DNA of 34,141 bases from a bacterium. GTDB lineage: Bacteria > Desulfobacterota > DSWW01. The DNA is taken from positions 1-34,141 of the forward strand of contig JBFLZG010000150.1 in the NCBI GenBank assembly GCA_040756235.1. Reading direction: 5' to 3'. Positions within the stretch are counted from its first letter, which is position 1. Each line of letters opens with the position of its first letter. A program made the translations under genes and the position numbers. Under the pieces are notes generated by a model. That model saw only the letters and a list, made by a program, of their open reading frames with translations, did not search any database and had not been told where the DNA came from. Shown piece after piece: positions 1-8,322 of the stretch.

Positions 1-108
1 CCCATCTGCGGCGTTGCGCTCGTCCCTCGTCACTGCGGCGTACTGAAATGTACGCCTCATTCCTCGGGATTTCGCGCGCCTTGCATCTGGGCATTTTTGA
101 ACAGGCTC
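1..108. repeat. MITE/REP-like intergenic palindromic element (cut by the window start)
   Basis: Internal hairpin GGCGTAC-tgaaat-GTACGCC. Bases 1-23 match the reverse complement of 26897-26919 exactly, bases 72-90 match the reverse complement of 21350-21368 exactly, and bases 78-91 recur at 20832-20845. Ends in TTTTTGAACAGGC. Confidence 0.75.
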
Positions 109-309
109 TCGAACTGGGGCTTGTGGGGCAAGCTCTATGTAAGCCCCGCGGAGCGGCTGGCGGGGTTCATGGATAGTGAAAGGCAGAACAACAGTAGTCT
201 CTAGCGACAGTGACAGCCACCGTGAGAAAGGGGGCGCAAGAAGATCAACGGACCGAGGCTGTGCGGCTCAGTGATCCTGCACCACATATTTTGATCTGCG
301 GAGGGCCTC

Positions 310-1647
310 GTGATGAGTAAGACGAAGAGATCGCTGCGTATTGGGTCTTGTACCTCTGCTACTTCGGGAGTGCCAGCGGCGTTCCTGGTCCTTGTGCTGA
401 CAGGCTGCACGAAACCTCTGCCCGCCCCAGTCTATCCCGACGGGTACACACCTGTTACCCAGTTTAACACAGATTCGTGGAATTACGATCTGCACCATGA
501 AAGCAACTTCATGTACGGGCAGATGTGGTACTTCAATTTCGTAGATGAGGCAAATGACATAAGCGGTGTTGTGTCTTATGGTGCGAACGTATCGGCGAAC
601 CCTTTGATCTCGAGTCAGTCGAACTATGCGAATGCCATGGCCATGCTCATCCCGAACCCGGCCGCGGGAGCTCCGTTCCGTGTATGGAGCGAAAAGTATC
701 CCATGAGTGAATCGGGAAATTTTTACGGGTCGTCAACTTTCAGTGAAGGCCCGGGAGTACATGAACTGGAAAACCCGTCCGGCTACATCGATGTGCTCGA
801 TCCTGCTGATCCAGAGGGAGACATCCTCGCGAACACGTATCACATAGTTGGCAGCGTGTCGGAAAACGGCAAGATGATCGCCTGGGATCTCACGTATGAG
901 CGGCTGGGAGCGCCGGGCTGGATTCCCTGGATGGATTGGCCGTTTCCTTACGTTTTGGACTTGTTTGGTCCCTCTTGGATGACCTACACGATGAATATGA
1001 GCAGCGCTAAGGTGAATGGGACCTTCGTTACCTATGATGGAGAGGAGCTGGTCACCTATGACGTCGTGAATGCGAAGGGATACCACGATGGGTTTTACGG
1101 TGAACTTCTCTTTACGAATATCGCGTGGAACTGGGCGGACTACAAGCAGTGGGATGAGTCGGGGAATTTGGATTTTTCCACGGTGGTCCACAAGCCTTCT
1201 GGGCCGGCTTATGCCTGTGAGGGGGGATGGGACGAGTGCCTGCCGGGTAATTTGAGGGTCTACAATGAGGGTACCGTCTACGACTTCTATCGGTCTGAGA
1301 TCAATATTCACTATCTTACCTGGGCCCACGATGAGGAGTTCAACGCCGATTACGCTACCGAGGAGATCATTACTGGAGAAAATGATGCTAACTACTTGTG
1401 TCTCCACTGGGAGGAGTTGCCGGGCCGGTTGGAAAAGGCACTGTGGGATCTTCCGGACCCACTTCCAGACAACAGGACGTTTGAAATGATTTCCCAGTTC
1501 GATGGTGCGTTTTATGAAAAAAGCGCAGGAGGCGAGTGCGGGGAGTGTGCGAACGCGTGCGGTGCCGAATGTCCGGCTTGTGGGACCTTAATAAAGAATA
1601 TCGATGGCGTGGGGTGGTCGGACTATGTTTCACTGCCTTCGGAGTGA
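310..1647 (+). CDS. Putative lipoprotein, possibly tocopherol-cyclase/AttH/CrtC-like (lipocalin-type beta fold)
   Basis: 445-aa ORF with GGAGG SD before GTG310/ATG313. Hydrophobic stretch ends in lipobox LTGC. Motifs WYFNF, WDLTYE, AKVNGT, KGYHD, WNW. Cys-rich C-terminal segment CGECANACGAECPAC. Codon usage is more AT-rich than neighbours. The fold call is tentative. Confidence 0.7.
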   Translation: MMSKTKRSLRIGSCTSATSGVPAAFLVLVLTGCTKPLPAPVYPDGYTPVTQFNTDSWNYDLHHESNFMYGQMWYFNFVDEANDISGVVSYGANVSANPLISSQSNYANAMAMLIPNPAAGAPFRVWSEKYPMSESGNFYGSSTFSEGPGVHELENPSGYIDVLDPADPEGDILANTYHIVGSVSENGKMIAWDLTYERLGAPGWIPWMDWPFPYVLDLFGPSWMTYTMNMSSAKVNGTFVTYDGEELVTYDVVNAKGYHDGFYGELLFTNIAWNWADYKQWDESGNLDFSTVVHKPSGPAYACEGGWDECLPGNLRVYNEGTVYDFYRSEINIHYLTWAHDEEFNADYATEEIITGENDANYLCLHWEELPGRLEKALWDLPDPLPDNRTFEMISQFDGAFYEKSAGGECGECANACGAECPACGTLIKNIDGVGWSDYVSLPSE

Positions 1648-1682
1648 GAGGACGTTGAACTCAAACGCTACCGGCCAGCATT

Positions 1683-1719
1683 GAGGGGCGGCCAGTTTGG
1701 CCGTCCCTCTTTCTTTTAT
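1683..1719 (+). terminator. Rho-independent terminator
   Basis: Stem GAGGGGCGGCCA / TGGCCGTCCCTC followed by TTTCTTTTAT, 36 nt after the stop of 310..1647. Confidence 0.8.
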
Positions 1720-1743
1720 GCGCCGAGCACGGCGCGCAGCGCC

Positions 1744-1789
1744 GATCAACTGGGACCTCGCCTACGAGCGCGAAGGAGCGCCCGCCTGG
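1744..1789 (+). pseudogene. Short relic of a paralog of the 310..1647 gene
   Basis: Encodes INWDLAYEREGAPAW versus IAWDLTYERLGAPGW at 876-921 (11/15 aa, 34/46 nt). No surrounding homologous ORF. Confidence 0.6.
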
Positions 1790-1802
1790 CGAGCTTTCTT
1801 GA

Positions 1803-2384
1803 TCAGCCCCCAGCCCATGGGTCCGGCTTCTTGGGATCAAGATGGAATCGCTCCGGGTGAACGAAGTCCTCAGCGGGCCTCCGTGGCGGCGCCGGAGGGA
1901 TGCGCGCAGGATACCCTAGGGGAATCATCAGCACCACCTCGTAGCCCTCCGGCACTCCCAGGATCTCCCTGGTCCTGTCGTGGTCGAAGAAGCCTGTCAT
2001 GACCGTCCCAAGGTTCAACCCGTGCGCAGCCAGGCATAGGGTCTGCGCAGCCACACCCAGGTGAAACATGAACCACCAGTCTCCGAACTTCGTTTTCGCA
2101 TGACCCCTGCACGTGTCCGGGATCCCCAGCCTGGCGCACAGGACGATCAGGACGGGAGCTTCCGCGACCGAACGGCTCGCCGGGTTGCTCGTACCCATGG
2201 TTTCCCGGAGCTTGTTCTTGGTTTCCCGGTCTTTGATCACGATGATCTCCCAAGGCTGGATGTTGCCTCCGGAAGGCGACCATCGGACCGCGTCGAAGAC
2301 CTGCGTCAGAAGCTCTTCCGGGACCTCCTGGTCGCGAAATCTGCGGACGCTCCGTCTCCCCTGAATGAGACCCAGCAAATCCAT
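1803..2384 (-). CDS. Nitroreductase family protein
   Basis: RRSVRRF, WSPSGGNIQPW, LAAHGLNLGT and IPLGYP motifs. Start ATG2384; alternative GTG2405 overlaps the TetR stop. Confidence 0.92.
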   Translation of the reverse strand: MDLLGLIQGRRSVRRFRDQEVPEELLTQVFDAVRWSPSGGNIQPWEIIVIKDRETKNKLRETMGTSNPASRSVAEAPVLIVLCARLGIPDTCRGHAKTKFGDWWFMFHLGVAAQTLCLAAHGLNLGTVMTGFFDHDRTREILGVPEGYEVVLMIPLGYPARIPPAPPRRPAEDFVHPERFHLDPKKPDPWAGG

Positions 2385-2401
2385 GCGATCGGCGCTTTCT
2401 T

Positions 2402-3073
2402 TCACTTTCTCCTCGGCCTGCCCGAGGCGGCCCGGGACTCGCACGTACCCCGGGACAGTCCCCGGTGGATCAGATCGAAGCAAAGCAGAAGGACCTCTTC
2501 AATGTTGCTCTTGCGCACCTTGAGCCGCTCCCGGGTGAGGGCAAGCTGCGTGATCCCGCTGAACGCTCCCCAAAGGATATCCGTAACGCTCCAAGCATTG
2601 GTCGCAGACAAGTAGCCTGCGTCGATCAGCTTCTGAATCTCGCTGCTCAGGAGTTTCAGGATGGTCGTCACGCGCATGTTGATCAGCTTGAAGAGTTTCG
2701 GCGACAGCTTCGCCTGCATGTCCTCCTGCTGCATGATCATGAAGATCCGGAAGTAGTCCGTGTGATCCCTGTAATAGGTAAAAAATGCCCGTGCCGTCTC
2801 CCGAAAAAATTCGCCCGGCGAAGGACTCCGCTTCAGCATGCCCTCCAGCAGCTCGATGAGGACGTCCAGGCCTTTGGCAAGCAGGGAGTAGTACAGTTCC
2901 TCCTTGCTCTTAAAGTAGATGTAGATCGTTCCCTTGGCTAGCTCTGCTCGTTCGGCGATCTGATCCATCGTAGTCGCAGAGAAGCCCACTTCGTGAAACA
3001 CCTGGTGGGCTGCATCGAGGATCTGCGTTTCTCGCAGCAGCCTTTCCCTTGCCTTACGCTCGGTGATACCCAT
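2402..3073 (-). CDS. TetR/AcrR family transcriptional regulator
   Basis: MGITERKARE..ILDAA..GFSATTMDQIAERAELAKGTIYIYFKSKEEL helix-turn-helix. GGAGGGAG SD before ATG3073. Confidence 0.93.
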   Translation of the reverse strand: MGITERKARERLLRETQILDAAHQVFHEVGFSATTMDQIAERAELAKGTIYIYFKSKEELYYSLLAKGLDVLIELLEGMLKRSPSPGEFFRETARAFFTYYRDHTDYFRIFMIMQQEDMQAKLSPKLFKLINMRVTTILKLLSSEIQKLIDAGYLSATNAWSVTDILWGAFSGITQLALTRERLKVRKSNIEEVLLLCFDLIHRGLSRGTCESRAASGRPRRK

Positions 3074-3081
3074 GCTTCTTG

Positions 3082-4479
3082 TCACTCCCTCCGGTCCAGG
3101 ACTCCCAGGTGTTCGAAGCGCAAAGTTGCATTCTGGAACAGATCGGTTTGCGAAAACTCCGCACCATCCTCGGCCACGTGACGTCCGTAAATCCGCGCAG
3201 GCGCCACGCAACCTGAAGAACGGCCTTCTTCACGAACCACCACTCCGTCCTTCACAAGGCACCAGCAGTCCGCAAGCGCGCAAGCCGCTTCTCGCGCCTC
3301 CATGCCAGGTCTGAGATCGTAGATGACCGCAGAGGCCCTTGCGCCGGGGTTCAGATGTCCCAGATCAGCCAGTCCCAGAAATCGCGCAGGGGCCAGACGA
3401 GTGAGCCGGGCCAGATCGTAGAGCCCGATCATCTTCCCGTCCAGGGAACCCTCGATCTCTGTGGGCCTGGATGCCGGGTTCAAGAGCCATGTCACGATCT
3501 GCGGCATCCCACCGAACTGTCCACCCGAAGGGCCGGAGGCAGAGAGGCTCAGTCGCCACGACGATGGGTGCTCGCTCAAAAGGGACCATCCCGCTTTCAC
3601 AGGCTCTTCGTCAAGGGACTTCCGCGCGACGAGGAATGCAACAGGAGACTGCAGGCCGAGGTCGATGCTGAGAGGAGCGATTCCTGACCCATCCGGAGAG
3701 ACGACCAGGAGCTGGTCCCGGCCGGTGCTCACACCCAGGTCAGCGCTACCGCCGCTCTCCAGAAAACCCCTCGCCTTCTCCAGAGATTCCCTGCAGTCCA
3801 GTGCCATGGCCAGGTTGGCGATGTGGAATCGCTCGGGCCTGGGTATTTCGTTCTCCAGGAGTCCCGGCATTCCCCACAAACTGATCGGAAAGATCTCAGG
3901 ATCCTCGAGTTGCGCGAGGAAGGAAAGCACCCTCTTCGCACTCAGGTTTTTCTGCATGTAGTGCCGCTGTCGGTGACGCAAGAAGGGAAAGGGGAGGAAC
4001 AGCCCCATTGCGCCGCTGGCTTCCATCAAGGCCCGTGCCATCCTGCAGAACTCCGCAGCGTTATTGGCCCTGACGAGATGGCCCATGTCCCTCAGATCCA
4101 TCGCCACACCACAGGACTTATCCACATAGGGAATCCGAGCGAGCCAGTGATGGACGAAGCCCGAACTCAGCAGGGTCATGAGGGGCTGGTGAACATGGAC
4201 GTAGCCCATGTTCGCGTATATCCGGCCGATCTCCTCGAGAGCGGGAAGGACGCCGGACATGCGCAGGTGGAACTGGCCGGGGATGGCAAGCTGACAGCAG
4301 GGATCGATTCCTCCCGCAAGCAGGGGACGGCCCTCGGCCTCGATCGTGAGCCCGGGATCCGAGAAGGGCTCGCTCACTCTGTCGCCGGCAAGATACAGGT
4401 CGCGGATCTCACCTTTCCACTCCTGGGAAGGATCATAGATCCTTGCGGATTTGATCAGGATCTTCTCCGCGGACCGCAT
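3082..4479 (-). CDS. fwdA: FwdA/FhcA-like amidohydrolase-fold protein lacking its metal ligands
   Basis: LIKSARIYDP, GRIYANMGY, IPYVDK, LYDLARLTRLAPARFLGL, GHLNPGARA and VKDGVVVREEG match the FwdA layout. The HxH motif reads DPCCQ and the TDHP motif reads ASGP. Starts immediately after the fwdB-like stop. Confidence 0.75.
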   Translation of the reverse strand: MRSAEKILIKSARIYDPSQEWKGEIRDLYLAGDRVSEPFSDPGLTIEAEGRPLLAGGIDPCCQLAIPGQFHLRMSGVLPALEEIGRIYANMGYVHVHQPLMTLLSSGFVHHWLARIPYVDKSCGVAMDLRDMGHLVRANNAAEFCRMARALMEASGAMGLFLPFPFLRHRQRHYMQKNLSAKRVLSFLAQLEDPEIFPISLWGMPGLLENEIPRPERFHIANLAMALDCRESLEKARGFLESGGSADLGVSTGRDQLLVVSPDGSGIAPLSIDLGLQSPVAFLVARKSLDEEPVKAGWSLLSEHPSSWRLSLSASGPSGGQFGGMPQIVTWLLNPASRPTEIEGSLDGKMIGLYDLARLTRLAPARFLGLADLGHLNPGARASAVIYDLRPGMEAREAACALADCWCLVKDGVVVREEGRSSGCVAPARIYGRHVAEDGAEFSQTDLFQNATLRFEHLGVLDRRE

Positions 4480-5754
4480 CTATCCGACCTCTTCGAGAAG
4501 TCTGCCCAGGACCTCCGCAGGCGCAGGGTACGGGCATGGTGCCAGGCCCTCGATGGCAGCCGCCTTCAGGGGCAGGCCGTCTGCCCGGAAGAACACGCCG
4601 TCGGTTTCAAATCCCGGCACGGCTGCCGAGATCACGAGATGGCCCCCATCGGCGGGAACCTGCCGGAAGGGGTCGAGAACGATCCTGGGCTTGCTCGTGA
4701 GGGGCTCCGGAAGTTCCAGGTTCCCCATCAGCCTCCCTTCCGAAGGCAGGACGAGAACGCTGCCAACCTGCCTTCCCAGAGACCTCCAATCCACGCTCTC
4801 GTCCGCCATCCCGGAGGATTCCGCCCGAAAGTCTGCGCCCCAAGCGGTGCCTCTCTGTTCCAGACAGATCTGGCAGAAGCCCTCTGCATTGGATCCTTTC
4901 TTCCAAAGAGGGAGAACAACCATGCGCCTTCGTCCCTCCGAATTGACCCGGGCGGACCACCGGAAGAGCGCATCCAGCGCCTCGTCGACGATTTCCTCGG
5001 GATCCACGAAGACGGCATGGAAAAAAGCCCTTTCCAACGCCCTGACCAGCATGGGGAAGTCTCGATGGTCAAATCGGTGCTCCGAAGACGGCTGCGCAAG
5101 AGCCTCGATGAAACGGCGGTCCTCGCCCGCGGGGAGGTCGAAGTATTGCTGGCACAGGGGTTCAATCACCTTCTTCCCGGAAGCAACTGCGGCCAGGTTC
5201 CGGTCATGGTTGCCCCGCTCTGTGAAGCGGCCCCGTGCAAAAAGAGAGTAGCGCGACAGATGCCGGTGGTGGGTCTCCAGCGGGTCGGCGCGCCAGAGGA
5301 TGACCAGGTCAGCCTGGTCCCGAACCTCGTCGAGGATCGCGGTTGTCCAGCCAAAGCGTTTTGCCCGGCTGTAGAAACGCCGGATTCCATCGAATGCCCG
5401 CGGCAACAGAATCCCCCCGAGGGCCTCGGCCAAACGCAGGCAGACACGGATGGAGGCTTCGTCCAGGTTCTCCGCGCCGAGAATGAGGGGAGGCGTGTGA
5501 GCGCGCAGAATCTCGGCCGCACGCCTCACGTCCGCTCCCGACCGCTCCGGAGACGCCACTCGGGCTTGATTCCCGAGGGCAGTCGGGCGGAGCCGCCTCC
5601 AGCCGATCTCGCAGAGGTTCCTCGTGCGGACGACCTGGCCCCCTCGCATGAAAAACGAGATGTCGTCGCACAGGCAACTGCATCCGCTACAGACTCGGCT
5701 GTGCAGCTCCTGGTCGAAAGGGGTCGCAGGCGCCTCCTGTCCCGGCACCGTCAC
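4480..5754 (-). CDS. fwdB: FwdB/FhcB-like molybdopterin-oxidoreductase-fold protein lacking its W/Mo ligand motif
   Basis: CSGCSCLCDDI...C 4Fe-4S motif, LDEVRDQADLVILW, DPLETHHRHLSRYS, RGRFTERGNHDR and G.ETDGVFFRADG are FwdB-type signatures. Start uncertain; GTG5754 follows GAGGAGG. Confidence 0.82.
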   Translation of the reverse strand: MTVPGQEAPATPFDQELHSRVCSGCSCLCDDISFFMRGGQVVRTRNLCEIGWRRLRPTALGNQARVASPERSGADVRRAAEILRAHTPPLILGAENLDEASIRVCLRLAEALGGILLPRAFDGIRRFYSRAKRFGWTTAILDEVRDQADLVILWRADPLETHHRHLSRYSLFARGRFTERGNHDRNLAAVASGKKVIEPLCQQYFDLPAGEDRRFIEALAQPSSEHRFDHRDFPMLVRALERAFFHAVFVDPEEIVDEALDALFRWSARVNSEGRRRMVVLPLWKKGSNAEGFCQICLEQRGTAWGADFRAESSGMADESVDWRSLGRQVGSVLVLPSEGRLMGNLELPEPLTSKPRIVLDPFRQVPADGGHLVISAAVPGFETDGVFFRADGLPLKAAAIEGLAPCPYPAPAEVLGRLLEEVG

Positions 5755-5825
5755 AAACCGGCCTTCCTCCTCAAGGGATTCCACGATGAATTTCTGTACG
5801 CTCAAGGGAATATTCCCACCCGCTC

Positions 5826-6290
5826 CTAGACCAGCTCCATGGCGTCCGTCGGACAGCAGTCCGCGCAAGCCTTGCAGGGCGGAGCAGACGGAATGGCCCG
5901 GTTGCAGCGCTCGGGATGCACGAGCTCGACCCGGGCATCGATGATCTCAATGACCGTGACATCGCCGCACCGGGGGCCCTTTCCCAGCGCCATTTCCCGG
6001 TTGTTCGCTCCGTGGACCGGGCAAACGCTGACACAGATCCCGCATCCGATGCACCGTTCGTTGTCCACGATGAGGCCCGTCAGTTCATTCTTGATTCCCT
6101 GCCCCAGCATCTCGTGCAGGCGGTTCTGCGCCGCCGCAAAATCAGGCTCGCTGAGTTTCGGGCAATCCCTGGGTGTCACGTCTCTCGCCAGAAGATACCC
6201 CGCAAAGCCCATGCAGTTCGTGCCGCACTCCCCGCAATTCGTCTTGGGTAGAAGCTCGTAGATCTCATAGATGGACCTGCGCGGCATCAC
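5826..6290 (-). CDS. FwdH-like Fe-S protein (CdhE/RnfB-type FeS domain plus 2x[4Fe-4S] FwdG-like domain)
   Basis: IYELLPKTNCGECGTNCMGFA...CP, CIGCGICVSVCPV..GKGP and C..CKACADCCPT. GGAGG SD. Confidence 0.82.
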   Translation of the reverse strand: MMPRRSIYEIYELLPKTNCGECGTNCMGFAGYLLARDVTPRDCPKLSEPDFAAAQNRLHEMLGQGIKNELTGLIVDNERCIGCGICVSVCPVHGANNREMALGKGPRCGDVTVIEIIDARVELVHPERCNRAIPSAPPCKACADCCPTDAMELV

Positions 6291-6343
6291 CCGGCTTCCT
6301 CCACAGGGCCAGATGCGGTTCCTGGTGCGCGCCCCGCCCGTCT

Positions 6344-6910
6344 TCAGCCAAACTCCTCGGCCACGATCTTGTCCGTGGCTTTGTTGGCGATGTACGTGGC
6401 AAAGCCCGCCAGCTTCGGATTCGAGAAGTAGTGCTTGAACTCGTTGTCACGGGGCCAGCCGAGCAGACAGTCCACCTTGTCCCGCTCCGGATTCACGAGC
6501 CAGAGCTGCAACTGGTGATCCTTGATCGGGAAGAACCAGTCCTCCTTCTCGATCAGGAATTCGATCAGGTGGTGTTCGGAAACCGGCGGCAGGGCCAGCA
6601 CATAGTCCGGGGCGTCCTTGCGGAAGCACTTGGCAGCCGCGAGCTCCCGGAAACCCTCAACGGCCTGGTTCACACCCTCCCGGACGACGAAGATCATCTC
6701 GAAATTCTTTTGCCCCTCGCTTCGCCGGGCGGTCAGGTCAGGTCTCATGAAACCGATTGGCACAGAGCGCGCGAGCTCATATCCGGCGTACTGGAGGAAC
6801 TTCTCCAGGGTCCGGAGGAGATCTCCACGTGAGAAGGCCGGCTGTTCCTCATACGAGCGGTGCCAGCCTTCGTTCTGCTCTTGTTCCGGCGAAGGCACCT
6901 CACCTTTCAT
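6344..6910 (-). CDS. Hypothetical protein, probable distant paralog of the C-terminal part of 15718..16500
   Basis: Globular ORF overlapping the cdhC stop, with GAGGA SD before ATG6910. Shares the DYxLxxP, ExW, HxxxxWxVN and WP...YF pattern with 15718..16500. Confidence 0.8.
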   Translation of the reverse strand: MKGEVPSPEQEQNEGWHRSYEEQPAFSRGDLLRTLEKFLQYAGYELARSVPIGFMRPDLTARRSEGQKNFEMIFVVREGVNQAVEGFRELAAAKCFRKDAPDYVLALPPVSEHHLIEFLIEKEDWFFPIKDHQLQLWLVNPERDKVDCLLGWPRDNEFKHYFSNPKLAGFATYIANKATDKIVAEEFG

Positions 6911-8267
6911 CGGGCCATTCCTCATTCGACTTGGGGATCCTGATCGGAACCGGTTCGCCGTTCACCCAGAATTTCGTGACGATCGGATGATTCACTTTCC
7001 TCAAGTACTCTTGAATCGCCTTCACATCCGTTCCGACTTCCTCGGTGGCGATCTTGTCGTAGATCTCCTCCGGGATGCACTCCGCAAGGAGCACCTTGTA
7101 CTCCTTGGGCATCCAGACAATCCGGGTCCAGCCGCCGTCGCCCTGGAGAAATTTCTTCGACTTGGGCGTCCGGATCGACAGCCCCATCGTCCCGTGATTC
7201 TGGTTCCCGCCGCTCATGAACCCGGCCAGCTTGGAGAAGTTGAGCCCGATGGGCGTATCCCCTGGGTACCGGCGGTCCACGAGCCCGATCCCGTCCAGTT
7301 CGGGGATGTAGAACGCTGCCGCTTCAAAGCATCCGCAGTTGGTCTGGGGGTAGCGGAGCGCACTGTAGAGATTCACCTTCGTGACCGAACGGGAAGAGCG
7401 TTCGTATACCGTCTGGTCCACGCCCTTGTAGCGGCCCATGAAGGGATCGAGGCACTCTCCCTTGGGCATCACAAAAGAGTATCCGTAGGGATCGATCTCC
7501 ACCGTGGCCTTTGCACCCAGGTAGCTCATGATCCCGCAATACGGGTTTCGCTGCGGCGTGATGCAGCAGACGTGGTTCGGAGCGAACGTCTGGCAGAGGG
7601 TGCAGCCGTAGAATACGTCCACATCCTCGTCTTCCAGGCCCATCAGCCGGGCGTCGTACGCCTCCCACTCAGGCCGGATCGTCGTGTCCAGAATCCGCTG
7701 GACGAGATCCCGTCCTCCTACTTCCGGGGCCCCGATGACGATCAGGACCTCGCCCTTCTCCACCAGGGGGAAATTGATCTTGGCCATCCCGAGCAGACCC
7801 TGACCCATCCGGTGCCAGTTGTTCTTGTGTGCGGTTTCCAGGTTCATCCGGATCCAGATCGTGTCGCGCGTGTTGACGAGCATCCAGCCCTCGCCCTGCT
7901 CGAAGGGCATGAAGCCCGCTCGGATCAATGGGTCCACGTGGTCCTCGGTGAGCTGGGGGCCCCAGCACCGCAACCAGATCCCGAACGGAAATGAGGAACC
8001 CGGCTCGACTTCCGCAATGTCCGGTCCGATCAGCTCGATCCGGCCATCCTCCACCTCCCCCTCTTCCTTGGCCACGTCCACATGAATGAAACTCTGGTAG
8101 CCGTGCTTCGGGCCGCCGAGCTCCATGTACATGTCGTCCTTGCGGATCTTCTGCCCCATCCACCGGGGCGAGATCTCGATCTGAACGCCGTCGAAGAGTT
8201 CGTCCAATTCGGTGGGAGCCTGAAAGACCCGACCTTTGGGCAAGGGTACCGCCGGGATGCGTATCAT
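6900..8267 (-). CDS. cdhC: Archaeal-type acetyl-CoA synthase (ACDS beta subunit)
   Basis: ISPRWMGQKIRKDDMYMELGGPK, FYGCTLCQTFAPNHVCCITPQRNPYCG, NCGCFE and SKKFLQGDGGWTRIVWMPKE. 455 aa, with no bacterial AcsB N-terminal domain. AAGGAGG SD. Confidence 0.95.
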   Translation of the reverse strand: MIRIPAVPLPKGRVFQAPTELDELFDGVQIEISPRWMGQKIRKDDMYMELGGPKHGYQSFIHVDVAKEEGEVEDGRIELIGPDIAEVEPGSSFPFGIWLRCWGPQLTEDHVDPLIRAGFMPFEQGEGWMLVNTRDTIWIRMNLETAHKNNWHRMGQGLLGMAKINFPLVEKGEVLIVIGAPEVGGRDLVQRILDTTIRPEWEAYDARLMGLEDEDVDVFYGCTLCQTFAPNHVCCITPQRNPYCGIMSYLGAKATVEIDPYGYSFVMPKGECLDPFMGRYKGVDQTVYERSSRSVTKVNLYSALRYPQTNCGCFEAAAFYIPELDGIGLVDRRYPGDTPIGLNFSKLAGFMSGGNQNHGTMGLSIRTPKSKKFLQGDGGWTRIVWMPKEYKVLLAECIPEEIYDKIATEEVGTDVKAIQEYLRKVNHPIVTKFWVNGEPVPIRIPKSNEEWPDER

Positions 8268-8322
8268 ATCGCAGTGCCTCCTTGGACCGTCGCGTCATCG
8301 TTGGGCCGTCTGATTTCGCGCG

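Noticed and set aside
1697..2002. 101-aa ORF as a real gene
   Set aside because: It starts inside a terminator and overlaps the nitroreductase antisense. Only the 15-codon paralog relic is meaningful.
4480..5754. Selenocysteine-recoded FwdB
   Set aside because: There is no in-frame TGA; the ligand motif is simply replaced.
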